Shown piece by piece: positions 27,093 to 41,950 of a stretch of 64,000 bases of DNA. Source of the stretch: Octopus sinensis. Lineage: Eukaryota. The notes beneath the pieces were generated by a model, which saw only the letters and a program-made list of their open reading frames with translations, did not search any database and was not told the DNA's origin. The position numbers and the translations under genes were made by a program. The stretch covers positions 13,144,001 through 13,208,000 of the forward strand of contig NC_043015.1 in assembly GCF_006345805.1 (NCBI RefSeq). The letters run 5' to 3'. Position 1 is the stretch's first letter, and each line of letters starts with the position of its first letter.

Positions 27093-28809
27093 AGAAGAGC
27101 TGAATGGGTGAGTTAATGGAGCAAGAGTATGATGGCATCAACATTAAGAGCAAGAATGTTAGAGCAAGTGATGGACTATAGAAGTAGTCTGAGTGAGAAG
27201 GCATGATTGGTAGTAGAGAAAGAGTGAAGGTAAAATGTATTTGATTTCATTTCCTTTAATAGATGATGCATATTATAAATAAACATGATAATTTCTTGAG
27301 TAATCTCAGTAAACCTACTCCACTATATGACACATATAAGACCATATTGTATTTGTATTTGCTCTACAAAATGATGCCTTGAGCCATTTTACCTCAGCCA
27401 TATTGCTGATATACTGCTCCTGCCTATTACAGCAGTGAATTGGTATCTATTTACTGCTGACTAGACTGGGTCATTGTGTCACTAGTAATGCATGATACTT
27501 CAGTGTGTGTGTGTGTGGAACAGTGTATTACCAGCAAGTTGATATGAACAGGTGAGTTCTTTTGAAATCTCTGGTTGAGACATATTTCCTAACTATATCT
27601 GTGAAAAATATTTTATGGATTGTTGCAGCTTTAAAATTTTAGTACTAAAATCTAAATTCAGGCGATTTCATGTATGTTTGCATCTATGTGAAATAGTGAT
27701 AAATGGAGTTCAGCTAGGAATCTGCATGTAATATATGAGTTAAGAATATTAAATTTGCAATAAAAGACAACCATTTTTCATGATCAAGATCGATTTCTTT
27801 GAAGTAAATATGTACGCATTTCTTTTTCTATCTTGACCAGCTTATACATGGAGGTATGTTCTTATTTTTAGGATAGCATGCCCAAAATAAAGGTGACATG
27901 CCCATGTTTTTATCAATAAATGATTAACCTAATCTGATAAATCAAATAACACCTAACAAATTTAAAATAACTTGTTTGGTGTACATCAGCTCTGGAAAAT
28001 AATCTACAACTGCATGTTTAGTTATCTGGTGGAATGGTTATTCTGTTTTACTGAGACCTGTTTTTATGAACTTATATTTAATAGGATGTCTAGGCTAATT
28101 AGTTTTTAATAACGATATCTGATTGTTGATTTTCATTATTCAATTGTCATCAAATAGTTTTTATTAATTATGTTGATAAACAGTTGCAATCTTTAAATAT
28201 TAATATATTTGTATTGTCACTAAACACTTTCAGAGCAGTCTTTGCCTAAATTTATCAACCGGTATATGCTGTAGTAAAATATATTTTCATAAACCCATTT
28301 AGAAAATAGTTTTCAATTAATTTCTGTAGAATATAATTTAAGCCTAATTTAAACAAAAGCTAATTTCTAAAGTTTTATACTTGTATAAGTGGTTTGTTTA
28401 TTTTATGAATATTCAATTAGCCTAAATTTTCTTTTCTTTTTGTAAGTTGTAAACATTTTAATGCTTAATTAAAATTTACACCTAATTTCAGTGGCTTCTT
28501 ATTATCATCTATCTAATTAGTAGCTTTACATTTACTTGAGTTTGGAAACTGGTTTTTGTTTTAAACTTTCTTTGGTTTTAGTCATAATTACTTTCATGGT
28601 TTGTTGTAAATATTGTAGGAAAATTAAAATGGCTTAAAAACATTTTTATTAGGAAATTTTTGTATTTAACTTAATGAATTTTCTCTGGTATACTAAATAT
28701 TCTTTTTTTTTCTTATACTACTTGTTCATCATCATCATCATCATCATAATAATAAAAACAGTAACAGTAATGACAACAACAACAACAACAACAACAACAA
28801 TAATAATTC

Positions 28810-29245
28810 TATTTACTATAGGCACATAGCCTGTAATGTTTTGTGGAGATTACATAGACCACGCTACTCAACTGGTACTTATTTTATCAACTCCAGAAGA
28901 ATAAAAGGCAAAGTTAGCATCAGTAGAATATGAATGCAGAATGTAAAGTCTGAAGAAATGCCACTATTTTGTCTGGCATGCTACTGATTCTGCCAGCTTG
29001 CTGCTCTTATAATAATAATAATAATAATGATAATAATAATTTCTTTTATAGACACAAGACCCAAAATTTTGGCGGGTAGGTGTTAGTTTATTACATTGAC
29101 CCAGGGTTCAACTAGTACTTATTTCATTGATCCCAAAAGGATGTAAGTCAGTTGACTTGAGTAGAATTTGAATTCAGAACATAAAGACAGACAAATTGCC
29201 ACTAAGCATTTTGCCCAGTGTATTAACAATTGTACCAGTTTGCTG
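28810..29245 (-). mobile_element. Two adjacent decayed SINE copies (conserved-body family)
   Basis: CTGGTACTTATTTTATCAAC and CTAGTACTTATTTCATTGATCCC are reverse complements of the SINE body; separated by (AAT)n. Confidence 0.65.
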
Positions 29246-30809
29246 TTTTTGTTCATATTTCTACATTCTGAGTGAAAATTTTATTGGAGTGAGCTATACT
29301 TTTCACCTTTCTGGGATTGATAGAATAAGTATTAGTTAAGTATTAGGGTTGTCCTTCCTTTAAAATTTGTGATCTCATGCCAATGTTTATTATTTTTAAT
29401 TAATAGTTTTCTGTAAATAGCTCTCTATCATTTGTTTGCCAAGGAAGCCGATATGGCCTTGTAGTTAAGAAGTTCACTTTGCAAGTAAGTAGTTCTAGTT
29501 TTGATCCACAGTGCAGCACACTGCATCTCTGTCAAAGGGGTTCAGTTAAATTTAATGACTTTTTAAACCTAAAAGGGCCCAACAAATCAATAACTTTAAA
29601 ATAACTCTATTGGATTAAAAAAATTTAAACCAGTAAAAAAAAAAAAAAGACAAATTATCTATTTGATTGTTGTGAATATATTTTGTAATTTTAAACTCCA
29701 ATCTTTAAACTTCTTTAAACTAACTTGGCAAAACTCCAGTCTTGACCTTACACAAATTATCTTCTATTATAACCTCAGGTTGACCAATATGACAAAAGCT
29801 GTATGAGTAGAACTTTACAAATGGAAACCATGTAGGAGCCTATAGTTAATGTGTATTTAGTATATATGTGTATATCTTTCAGCAATGTATAATAGCAAAA
29901 GGTATAGACATCCTCTCCCTCCAAAAAAGAACAAAGAAAAAACAAATCAGTGCTTTTAAAATTCCTTGTGATATTTGTTCTGCTTGAGTTACACAAACAG
30001 TCCCTTGCCACTCTCACTACCATAAATACAGTGGACTAATGATTGGTCTGTTGGAAACCTGTAACCAACAGTGCTGTTGTTCACAAAACATGATATTAAA
30101 TAAATGAGATGATTTTTTTTATTATTTCAACAAATTTTACTGAATTCATGCCTAAATTCAGTTTCTATTAATGAAATATTAAGTGTTGTTTTCAAAACAA
30201 TGTAATTTATGATGTGATACATATTACAATTGTATTAAAAAACAAAAGACAAAATTAAAGCCAAAAGAAAAATAAAAAATACTAAAGCAAATTGAGATTT
30301 CTGTGCCAGGTTTAGGTAGAGAGGCAATTTTCTTATTTTATATATTTTCATATAAAAACTTTCCAAAGAAAGTTATTGAAGGATTTCAATTAAGTTTGTA
30401 GCATGTTTTTCATGTATGTATGGTATAGAAAAAGTGGACTAATATAGCAAATGATATTACTGCAGATGACTTATCTCCTGTTTAAAATGTGTCTTGATAA
30501 ACTGAAATCAATCAAAATCATTGACTACTCACAATTGCTAGTCATTTGTCATATTTGCAGTCTCTGGGATTAATTTTAAAGTTGTAGATATATATTGTTC
30601 TTTAGTCTGTAGTTAGAATCATTAAATTTTATTATCCATAGTTTCATTGATGAGATTTACAATAGATATTAGAAATCAAATGATTGTATCTCTGGTTTGG
30701 TAAACTGTCAACAGCTCTTTATTCTTGTTGACAAATTATCCAAGTCAGAAATATTTTACTAACATTGTCTGCATGATTGTTCCTAAGAATACATTTTCCA
30801 TCACATATC

Positions 30810-30849
30810 CGTGTATGCATGTTTATATGTATATGAATATATTTGTATT

Positions 30850-30888
<39 letters not shown>

Positions 30889-31210
30889 GAGTGTGTATGT
30901 ATCTATCTACACATGTGTGTATATGTAGTGTATGCATGTATGTATATGTATGTGTGTGTATATATATGTGTATATGTAGTGTATGCATGTATGTATATGT
31001 ATGTGTATGCATGTATATATATATATATATATGTGTGTGTGTATGTATGTGTGTGTATATTATATATGTATGTGTGTGTACATATGTATGTATGTGTGTG
31101 TACATATGTGTGTATGTATGTGTGTGTATATATATATATGTATGTGTACATGTGTGTATATATATGTATGTGTGTGCATGTATATATATATATATGTATG
31201 TGTGTGCATG

Positions 31211-31243
<33 letters not shown>

Positions 31244-31490
31244 GTGTGCATGTGTATATATATGTGTATGTGTGTGCATGTGTATATATATGTATATGTG
31301 TGTGCATGTGTATATATATGTATATGTGTGTGTGTGTGTATATATGTATATGTGTGTGTGCGTGTATATATATGTATATGTATGTGTGTGTGCATGTATA
31401 TATGTATATGTATGTGTGTGTGCATGTATATATATATATGTATATGCGTGTGCATGTATATGTATGTGTGTGTGTATATGTATAATATGT
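30810..31490. repeat. Compound (TA)/(TG)/(CA) alternating purine-pyrimidine micro/minisatellite
   Basis: Recurring units such as TATATGTATGTGTGTGCATG over ~680 bp. Confidence 0.95.
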
Positions 31491-32425
31491 ACAATGATAT
31501 TTGTGAGTATGAGCTAGTGTTTTTAACCTATTTGCCTTGATATCACTGTTATCTTGATATATCTGCTGATTAAAATATATTACATAATACATTTTAAACA
31601 GTTATATTCCCTTCCATTCATCAACTTGCCCATCTAATATTATTGCATTAATAAACCAGCTTAGTTTTATAACATGAAATCTTAATCAGTTATATTTTAT
31701 TAACATTTATTCAGAACTGGCAGTTTTCTGTTATTGCTTGAACATTCTTTTTTTCTTTTCCACAAACTAAATTTTTTTTTTCTTTTTGTATATTTGAATG
31801 TTTTACAGAAAGTTGGTAATCTAACATGCACTCCTATTTATAATCTTCTATATGTTAAATCCATGCTTGGGTATTTTCAACTCATGAAAATTAACTTACC
31901 CTCTCAAAAAAAAAATAAAATAAATAAAATAAAACCCAACAAAAAGCCAAAACAAAACAAGAGGTTTCCATTTCAGTTTTCATTTTAATATTTTTTGTTA
32001 CTGTGTATTGTCCACTTTTCTTGAAATTTTTAAAATTTGATTCTCACATATACTACATGTTGAGAATGATTTGAATTTTTCCCTAATGAACTTATTAACA
32101 AATAATCATGAAAATACAATGTTGCTGCTTTTAATATTCTTGTTTATTCAATGAATTCTTCAAATACACTGTATTAAAATGAACTTGGAAAATAGAGAAA
32201 TATGCTGTACAAAGCTTTTTTTGTGACCTTATGAATGGATGAGTTTGTATGCATAAACTTTGGAATCAAACATCATCTCTTATTACTTTGGAGTAATTTC
32301 TTCCTAAAAAAATACAACGATTTGTATGAAAATATAAAATTCCGGCATTATTCTGTTGGTTATGTAGATACTGTCAGTTTTAATTTTTATTTTTACTTCA
32401 GCTAAAAAGTGCAGTATATATATAT

Positions 32426-32458
<33 letters not shown>

Positions 32459-34089
32459 GTTTGTGTATGTATGTTTGTATAAAAATATAGTCTGTTTTTT
32501 TTATGTTGAAAATATATTGTATGAAGATAAATTTTGAATATCTTATCATTCCAATATAGACTTTTCAAACCATATCTTTATTCTCACATTCCAAATATTC
32601 ATTGTCAAACTAATTTCTTTTTAAACTGTATATTCTTCATTATGTAAATGAAATGCCTTAAAAGATTGCCGAAGTTAACAATTTAAAAGCATTAGACTTA
32701 CATACTATTTTACATTTATTTTTTTCTATCAATTCATTTTGAAATTTGTCTTCATAAATTTAAAAACGTTTCATATCAATATCACCAAATATTTGTTTGC
32801 ATTTGATATTTGCATTTTAGCATCTAAATTGTGTAATATTAATAAAATTTATCATTAATGTAAAAAATTAAACTTTTAATGGAATTTATCATATATTTTA
32901 TTGCAAAAACTAGGGAGAAAATAAAATAATATTTATTCCTTTGTAGGAAACTGTTGGTAACATTAGGAAAACAAATATTTGAAGATGGCAACTATTATGA
33001 AATTTTGTCAATTGTGTAAGAGTTATCACATTATGTAAAATCCATAATAGAAATAGCATGAATACTGTGATTATTTAAAACTTTCTTGTATACAAATATT
33101 CTCACAGAAATCAGTGGATGTATGTATGACAAATAAAACTGTTGTGCATATCATGTGGGTGTAATTTTCCTTAATTTCAAAGTGAAGTTTGTTATTAGAT
33201 GAAGTAATAAAGACTGATAATGAAGAGCCAGCATGAATTCAAGACATTTTTAGAGGTTGAAAGAGAATGAAAATACAAATGTTCTGGATTTGAATAAATT
33301 TAAGATCTATAAGGAAGATTCTTTATTTTATTTTCATTTTATCTTTATTTCAATTTTTTTCCTATTTATAACTGCTTATTTATCTTCTTTTAGCAGAGAA
33401 ATATAACTCACTAATTAGAGTTTATATACTTCTGAGATGAACCTCCATTCAATTACAATATTAATATTGAAATTATAAATGGCTACAGTGATGTATGGTA
33501 ATCAGAAATTAAGTGTTATCAATCATCAATTAAAAAAAAAAATGCACAATTAATTTAATCAGGAATATAAATAATAGCTATCATTGTTGGAGTGGAGTAC
33601 TGAAAACTTATTTCAAGGAAGTAAGAACTGGCTTCAGTTTTGATTGTAGTTTTAATGTTTTGTGGCTGTTTTTATAACAAGATGTCTTATGACAATTTCC
33701 AGATTACTAGGTTACCACTTAACTCTTCATGTCATATGTTCAAGTTGACCCTTTGAAATTCTCTCCCCAGACCATTCACTTTAAGTGAAAATTACTGGTA
33801 TGAGGGCTGAGTAAAAATAGAAATAGGTTGATTTGAACCTGTACCACAAGCTTGACTTGCAGACAACATAACATCGTCATATAATGCTTATACACAAAAT
33901 GGTTATTCTTACCTTAAATCTAAAACAAATGGAAAACTCTGATTAAATTTCACTTATTTTAGTTGTTATGAGTTTACTAACTTGTTGAATAGTCACTAAG
34001 TATCAATACAAGAAATATTTAGTTTTCAGTAAAGTCAAGCTTAGTTATAACTTAATTGTTTCTTGAGAACTAGAATTTCTGAGTGCATG

Positions 34090-35420
34090 AGCTTTTGCAA
34101 TGCTCTAACACTCAGATTGCCAATGACTATACTGCCCCCCCCCCCGACCAACTTGTGTCTACTACAATACTTCAACACATCTTTCCTTCTACACTCACCA
34201 ACCTTATTGTCTTCACACCATGTATCTGTACCATCCCATTTCCTCTCAAGCTCTATAAAGCCAACAATGCTGGTCACCTCATTGTTTCGGCTTGCAACTG
34301 CCCTACAAAACCTACTTCTACATACATGAACCAACTCTTTTTACTATTGATACTATCCTTTTCCTTCTCTTCTGGTCCTCCTGGCCAATTCCAATCACTT
34401 TTTGCTGTTGATACTATCTCCTCACCATAATTCCCTTCTTGTATTAATGGACACATAGTCCTCACATTCTTTCTGGACTATTGCACTAAACTCAAACTTG
34501 GCATCCTTTACTCTGCCTCACTGAACTAATCTTTCTTTTTCATCAACTTCTTTTTGTGGGTGTTTTAATATCATATTATTGAGATGATCATGGGCACTAA
34601 TTATGCCAACCTTTTGGTTAATCTGAGGCCTAGATCTTAATTTGTTTCATTGATTCTATCCCAGAATTCTCTTCTGTCATCTATAACATCTTACTCCCAT
34701 CAACTCTGATATCTCCATGTCATTTGACAACCCCAACCTCTCTACCTATGCCTTTTACAAACTTACTGTTCGTACCTCAATTTCCTTGCATCCTACCTCA
34801 CTCACAATAAATCAGTTATCACCTGCTCACAATTCTGTCACTTCTGTCTGTTTAGACTCTTTCAAGGCTTAGGCCCTTTCAAATGATCTACTTTTCAACT
34901 TACATTGTTACCTCAACCAGCTATCAATGTACTTCAACTATTGACTATACTTCTATCATTTTTACCTGTACCCACCCCATCAACAATATTTCCTTCACCT
35001 CTCATCCTTCCATCTGACCTTCCTGGTACACCATTCCACAACCCAATCTCTCCAGCACACTGTCCTCTTCAATGTCTGTCTTCTCTAATCTGGCCCTGTT
35101 CCTGCTTCAAGATCTTTCTCTTCATACAGATCATTACTACTCTGCAATGTTCCAGATCCACTTTCTATGTCACTGACTGCTTTACTTACACTTCCAAATA
35201 TGTTATCTGTTGTATCAAATGTTAACTTTTTGGCATATTATATATAGGAGAAACTGGTTGGAAGTTAGTTGATCATTTTAGAGAGCATTTGTTGGATGCT
35301 TAACAAAATAGTAACCGATCACTTAAAATCGTTGCCTACTACTTCAATACTGCAAACCTCCTTCATTTTACTGTTTTTAATTTCTTACCATCACATTCTC
35401 CTGCACCTAAACTCTTTTGT
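34090..35420 (+). mobile_element. Penelope-like element remnant (RT + GIY-YIG endonuclease), pseudogenised
   Basis: LYKANNAGHLIVSACNCPT (cf. HKxxxPGRPIVSxxxxPT), MGTNYANL, FTYTSKYVICCIKC..ILYIGETG..LVDHFREHL. Confidence 0.75.
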
Positions 35421-36566
35421 GAACAACTGTTAATTTTCTGTTTAGATACACTACATTCTTAACTCTCAGTAATTGACCAGCTTTCTTCTAACCCATACAC
35501 CTATATTTTCACACTGATAAACATCCACACATCTTCACACGACCCCTTTTTCAATCCACAACAATACATACATGATACCTTGTGTATTTAAAAAAAAAAA
35601 TTACATCCTATTATGTCTATCACCACTATTATACCAGTATCACTGCTACTACTGCCATCTTTTACACAAGAATACTAACTCACTTGCTCATTCTCTCTCT
35701 CTTTAATCTTACACATACACACAGCTAACTCCTTAAGTATATGACTGATATAAACCTACTACTTAATCAATACACTCTCCTTCTTAGCAATCACTTGCCT
35801 CCACCTACTTCTGTTTCACCATTATTGACCATGCTGGCTCTATAAACACATTTTTTTGTTCTCCAACTCAATTTTTTTTCTCTTCTTCAAAATGTTGATA
35901 ATTCTTCCTTTCCTTCAGTGGTATTTCATTGTACTGCTGTTTGTTCTTTGTTGATTGCTTTTGTTCATAAATTGCCTTCTGGATGGGTTGTGAATTCATA
36001 TTCAATGCAGGCATCTCACAGTGTATCTGGGCAAGACACTTCATTTTGCATTGTTTCAGTTTATGTCACGAAGAAGAATAAGCAAGTTAACAGTACTTGC
36101 TTGGGAATACTATTTCTCTTTTTCATTCGCTAGATGCTACACAAACTGGAAACAAACATTGTCCTTATGAAACTTGGTGGTTCGTGAAATTGTAAACTTT
36201 TATTCCTGTTGTGTGTGTTTGAGTGTGTGCATACATAGTTTTGTTAAGCCATAAATATTATATGGAAGAACTTGTCTTCCAGCTCAAATCTTGGGTATTG
36301 AGAACAGAGAAATTTTTCATGTTATCATTGTATTACTTGATTCTGTTGCTTCTGTTTTATCACATGAATAGAACAGTTTGTTATTGTTTTGTAAGAATAT
36401 TGTTTTACTTTTCCTTATATTTTCATTTTAAGATGTAAACCAAAACAAAGAGGAAATCAAATGTTTTCAGATTTATTTTGTTCTTTTCAAGGAAAGGATA
36501 TTTTAAAAAATGTCTTTTGTGCATTTTAATAATAATAATAATAATCATTCTATCTCATGACACTTC

Positions 36567-36599
<33 letters not shown>

Positions 36600-38269
36600 A
36601 TATATAATATATATATATATATATAAACAGTCTGTGAAGTAATTTTAGGACTATAGTTTAAGATTATGAAAATATTATGAAATCAGCAGCTATACTAAAG
36701 CTACATTCATTTAATTGTATCTCATCATCTAAAGTGTAGGTGATGTGTGATTTTTTGTTAAAGAAAGGACGCAATATACATTGTAGTCTCTCATGGTTAT
36801 GACTCAAAGAGCTTTTGATCAATGGTTTATTTGATCACTACTGACATGGGGCTAAATGACAAATATTTTGTCTTACAAGTGATGCAAATGTAAAGATTTT
36901 GATTAAAATTTGAGATGGTGTAAAAAGAAAATATTAAATTTAATATTAATTATTCTATTTAAAATACTTTTTTAGGTTTTAATTGTAATATTTTATTCTC
37001 TTGAAAATAATTAGTATGTATAGTATTGATGAGTAAAGTATAAGACTGACTTTAGATGATAGAGGAATATATAGTCAATCTATATCTGTCCAATATATTC
37101 AATAGCTTTTCTTTATTTTCATATCATAAGCTGTGAGTTTCAAAAATAATCACCTGTTAAATTATTTATTTGGAATAACTCAAACTATTTTTCACTTCGT
37201 GTTTACTAAAATATTTCAGTTTAATAAGAATGTTAACCAATAAAATTGTATACCACCCCTATTATATGCTAATGTTAAATTGTTAATCCTCTGAAGTTTC
37301 TTATATTCCATTTGGTTGAAACGTTTCCCCCCTATTTTCTCTGTCAGAAAGAATTCTTTGCCGATCAGTTTTGCCAAAATGGATTTGATTTGAAGAAACT
37401 GCCAGATTATTAATTGAAAAAAAATTTTTTGCTGCTTCTTTTTATTTATTATTATTAGTATTTTATTATTAGTTATCATTATTTATTATTGTTTTTACTA
37501 AACACAGGTCCAGAACTAATTGATTTCTCTTGTAATTGGCCTCTGTTTCAATTATTTTTAAGTGACACAATATGTACATATGTAACTTGTATGTGTGTGT
37601 GTGTGTGTGTGTATTTATATATGCATAAACATACAATCATATGCCCTCAGTAGTGTAGGCTGAAACTCAGGACACAATTATATCATGTAATAACCTGTAT
37701 AACAAAACTTGTTTAGGGTTAAAGGAATAAAGACCTAGATGTGTCTAAGCCATAGGTTCTATCATATTCAGTGATTTTGATCTGAAGCATGGTTCTGAAT
37801 ATAAAAATCTTTAAAACACACATACAAAGACAAAATAAATGCAAACACTCCAAATCATTGCAGTATATTATTAATGATTTTGAGCATTCAAGCATTTTTT
37901 TTTTATTGTATGTAAAATTACAATGGAAGATATTGTCCCTGTTTTAACTAAGTTATCATCACCCTAACATCTCCTTGTCTTTTGAATTTTATTCAATTAA
38001 TTTCATAAAAAAAAAATTCTTTCTTTCAAATCCTTCATGGATCAGTAATCTGAATGCCTGTTAAATACTACACTTAGTTTAATTGAATAAACAATCACTC
38101 CAAAACATGTAGCCGTTTGCTTATGCCACAAAGTATTTCTTATTTAGTCATGGAACCTAAAATTATTGGGAAGATGAGAATTCTTTCAATTCTTCAAAAC
38201 AATGGATATATAACAGTTTCACATTTCTTTAAACAGTTCTTTGCATTCTATTAAATTCTAGAAAATTTT

Positions 38270-38700
38270 TTGTGTTGCAGGGTTTGGATAGTAAAGGGCA
38301 GACAAAGCAGTGCTCCTGGGCATGGTCTGCTTCTCCACCTTCAGAGATGGTTGGACTAGTCTTGTATCTCGTCTGACCAAAACAGCTTTTGACCATTCTT
38401 TTTTTTGTTCTCGGGTGGTTGAGTATCTTCTACTGAATCCATGATGTTTCAGAGCCAGGAGTGAGGTCTTCAGCAGTGGGGATTTCCATGTCAGTTGGAT
38501 GAAGGGCATTCTCAAGCTTTTCCATCCAGAGCTGGAGTCTGGATTTTGCTTGAGATGTTGTTAGAGGCTGGATATGACAGAGGAAGTTTTTTGTTGACTA
38601 TCATTAGGTCAGGAGTTCACAACCATGGAGGATGTGGTATTCATTACTGATAGCCTTTGCCATCTTGACTTAACTGACCACTCCTTGACTGATATCAGTA
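38270..38700 (-). mobile_element. Decayed LINE C-terminal fragment (Ingi/Vingi-like)
   Basis: Fragments HILHGCEL..KNFL..IQPL, SW..KILNHPRT and EKQTM resemble the I-group/Vingi C-terminus; frameshifted. Confidence 0.4.
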
Positions 38701-38984
38701 GAGGCCACACAAGTAGGACAAGCAGGTTGTTTGTGTCAGTGGGTTACTTATAAACAGTGATTAGGTGGCAGGTGTTTTTCAAGGTAGAAGCATTCATATT
38801 TCAATCCTTCTCATGTAATACTTGGTATTACCTGCAAATTCTATCAAACACTTTGAGGCTGAACCAGGGATGAGAATTGTTAATTTCTTTTGAAAAGCCA
38901 TTTGTGTTCTTGAAATTTAAAACTCATTTCTAAATGTACTAGTGCATAGGTATCAGAGTAGTAGTAAATTTGGAAATGAATTTT

Positions 38985-39390
38985 AAATTATATGTATGCA
39001 CATATATATGTGCATGTATAATACAATGTGTGTGTGTATATATGTATGTATATATGATATGTATGTATATATGATATCCATGCATACTATGTGTATATAT
39101 AATGTACACACACACGTGTATATATAATGCACACACACACACACGTGTATATATAATGTACACACACACACACACGTGTATATATAATGTACACACACAC
39201 ACATGTATATATAAGGTACACACACACGTATATATACAATGTACACACACGTGTATAATGTACACACACCACATGTATATATAATGTGTACATACACACA
39301 CGTGTATAATGTACACACACATACATATATATATGTATATAATATATGTATACATATATATACGATATATAGTGCATATGTAAACAGTAC
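38985..39390. repeat. Compound TA/CA minisatellite (unit ~ATATATAATGTACACACACACACGTGT)
   Basis: Visible tandem units. Confidence 0.9.
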
Positions 39391-39684
39391 ATAATGTAAA
39401 ATTTTCTTTCAGTCTGTTACAGGCGTTTATTTTAGCAAGCATAATTAACTGTGCAAACAAGGGAACTATAAGGCATGGAAACATCTAGTTGGCACTTTGT
39501 TGTCTGTACCATCCCCATTGTTCTGCTGTTATAACAATATTTAGGATCAATCTAAAAAACATTACACAGCAAATAATATTTTTGAAAGAATTTGATACAA
39601 AGTAAACCAAAGCATTTTTAAATGGCTGTGTCCTAAGTTTTAGCCTACAGCTATGAGTATTAGTAAGGTGTGCATATGAGTATG

Positions 39685-39722
<38 letters not shown>

Positions 39723-40619
39723 CTATATCTATATAATATATATATATATATGTGTGTGTGTGCATTTACATGCATGGGAGTAGGTATGCAATTATACATT
39801 CATATAGGAATGTACAAAAAATTCACATACAAATGCATACATAATGTGTGTGTGAGTGTATATATGTATGTATATAAATTTATATATTTTTGTTTTATTT
39901 TTAATACGTGTAGGTTATTTTTGTTTTTTGCATTTCAAAATTGTTTTATATATGTTTTCATATACATTTTGTATCTTCAAAATGCTTTATTTTATCCATT
40001 TTATTGTGTTGAAGATTTTAATTTTTTATTTTGAGGAGTGAATGGACAAAATGAGAATTTTATTAACTGTCAATCATCTAGTGAGAATATTGTATATTTT
40101 ACACTAAAATTTCATTTTTAAAAATTTTGTTTCTTGAGAAAATATTTATTTTTATCTTTTGAAATTATTTGTTAATTGCTGTACTATAACAAGCTCACTT
40201 CATATCAACCTCGATATTTTATCCTTTTATTATTAATAAAAAAAAGTTTGGAAGTTTTTTTTCTAACTTGTAGGTAATGTATGAAGACTAATGAGTGGAA
40301 AAAGAATCATTCTCCACGTCCATGGTATATTTATTATATTTTGAAATCATAATAAATGTACTACCTCCTTCCTATGTGGTGTAAATTTTCACTTGGGTTT
40401 TTTTTCCTTGATTTCTAGGATTATATTTTAATTGTTTTTTTCATATCATTGACAATTGGTTGTGTTATGTTCCTTTTGAATCATTTATCAGATACAAGGA
40501 AAATAAAATGTTTAAAGAATCTAAGTTTCATGTTTTCTTTTCTGTTTTTCTTTTTCTAATTAAGATTCCTCAAAGTTGTTAGTGTTGTGTCACTATTGCC
40601 TTTGGTACTGCATTGTTAA

Positions 40620-41400
40620 GTGAAGATTCTTAATTGTTGCTTGTCCAGCCCACTCAGCTGTTAGTTACATGATGGAAATACACATTAACTACTGTAAACC
40701 AAGACTGAAAATACAGGTTAATATGTAATTGGGAATGTTATTTACAATGAAGTCCTGGGAAGGTGTTAGATACAGAAAATAGGAGGGCAACTTCACAAGG
40801 TCATATCAAAAGGAACTATCATTAGACTTTCTGGCTGGATTTTTCCAAGTGTGACCAATTGAGACAATGGATATTATCCAACTGTCTTGTTCTTGGTCTA
40901 CCCCTTGATCTCCTGTGGTTGGCTTTGCTTAAAGGATCCATCTTGTGACTCTTTCCTAGAAATTAGTGTTGCAAAGACTGAGACATTGATCCTTTCAAGA
41001 AAGTCTTCCCTGTACACTCTGCATGTTAGTAGAACATCACTGAGACAAAAGGTGAAGTTTAAGTATCTCGCAGAATTTTATTCTAGAATTACAGATACTG
41101 GCACAGAAGTCTGCCAGCTCCTTTAGAAGAGCAGAGAGTAGTAAAAGAGCTAAGCTCTCTAATTTCAATCTGTTTTTTTGTGCCTATCCTCACCTATGTT
41201 CATGAATGTTGAGTAATGACCAAAGCAGTACAGTCACAAATACAAATGTGGTTCTTCCAAAGTATTTCTGGAGTAATGTTACTTGACAGGTTGTGTAACT
41301 CGGAGGTTAAGGAACCTCTGCAGGTTGAGCTGCTATTTTTCTGCAATGAGAGGTCACAGTTCTGGTGCTACAGGCATGTTATTAAAATGTCATAGATAAT
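40620..41400 (+). mobile_element. RTE (Expander/Rex3-like) RT remnant
   Basis: LEISVAKTETLILSRK...LRQKVKFKYL, VPILTYVHECxVMT and ERSQFxCYRH motifs; (ATA/ATG)n tail. Confidence 0.6.
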
Positions 41401-41597
41401 GATAATAATGAAATAAATGTAATTGTCACGCAAATTTCCTGAAAATCACACCCTGCTACCTTAAAGAAAGGATATTTTGACTATTGATATACAAATGAAA
41501 TGATGATCTTAACTGGAGCATTTTTGATCATAGGTTTGCATGATTAGAGTTCACATAGGAACAAAGAACCACTAATCAACCAACATACTGTTTCCTA

Positions 41598-41950
41598 CTG
41601 GTGTTGGCATGGCTGAGTGGTTAAGAAGCTTGTTTTGTAATCACGTGGTTTTAGGTTCAGTCTCACTGCATGGAACCTTAGGCAAGTACCTTCTGCTATA
41701 GTTCTGGGATAACCAATGTGTTGTGAGTGAATTTGGTAACTAGAAACTGTGTGGAAGTCTTTATGTTGTATGTGTCTACATCTGCCTGACAACCAGTGTT
41801 ATTTTATTTACTTCCTTGTAACTTAACAATTCAGCAAAAAAGACTGATAGAATAAATTCCAGACTCAAAACAAAAATAACTGAGATCAATTTGTTCAGCT
41901 GCACTCTTTAAGTCAATAGCCCCAGCATGACCACAGTTCAATAAATGAAA
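41598..41950 (+). mobile_element. CORE-like SINE, decayed
   Basis: GGCATGGCTGAGTGGTTAAGAAGC...CTTAGGCAAG...GACTGATAGAATAA. Confidence 0.75.

Noticed and set aside
30719-31592. Long ORFs (up to 229 aa) in all six frames
   Set aside because: Artefact of a stop-free alternating purine-pyrimidine microsatellite; the same applies to 38939-39484 and 39485-40041.
33905-33935. 7-nt minus-strand micro-exon candidate (ttttag|ATTTAAG|gtaaga)
   Set aside because: Isolated, with no partner exons or frame; expected by chance in AT-rich DNA.
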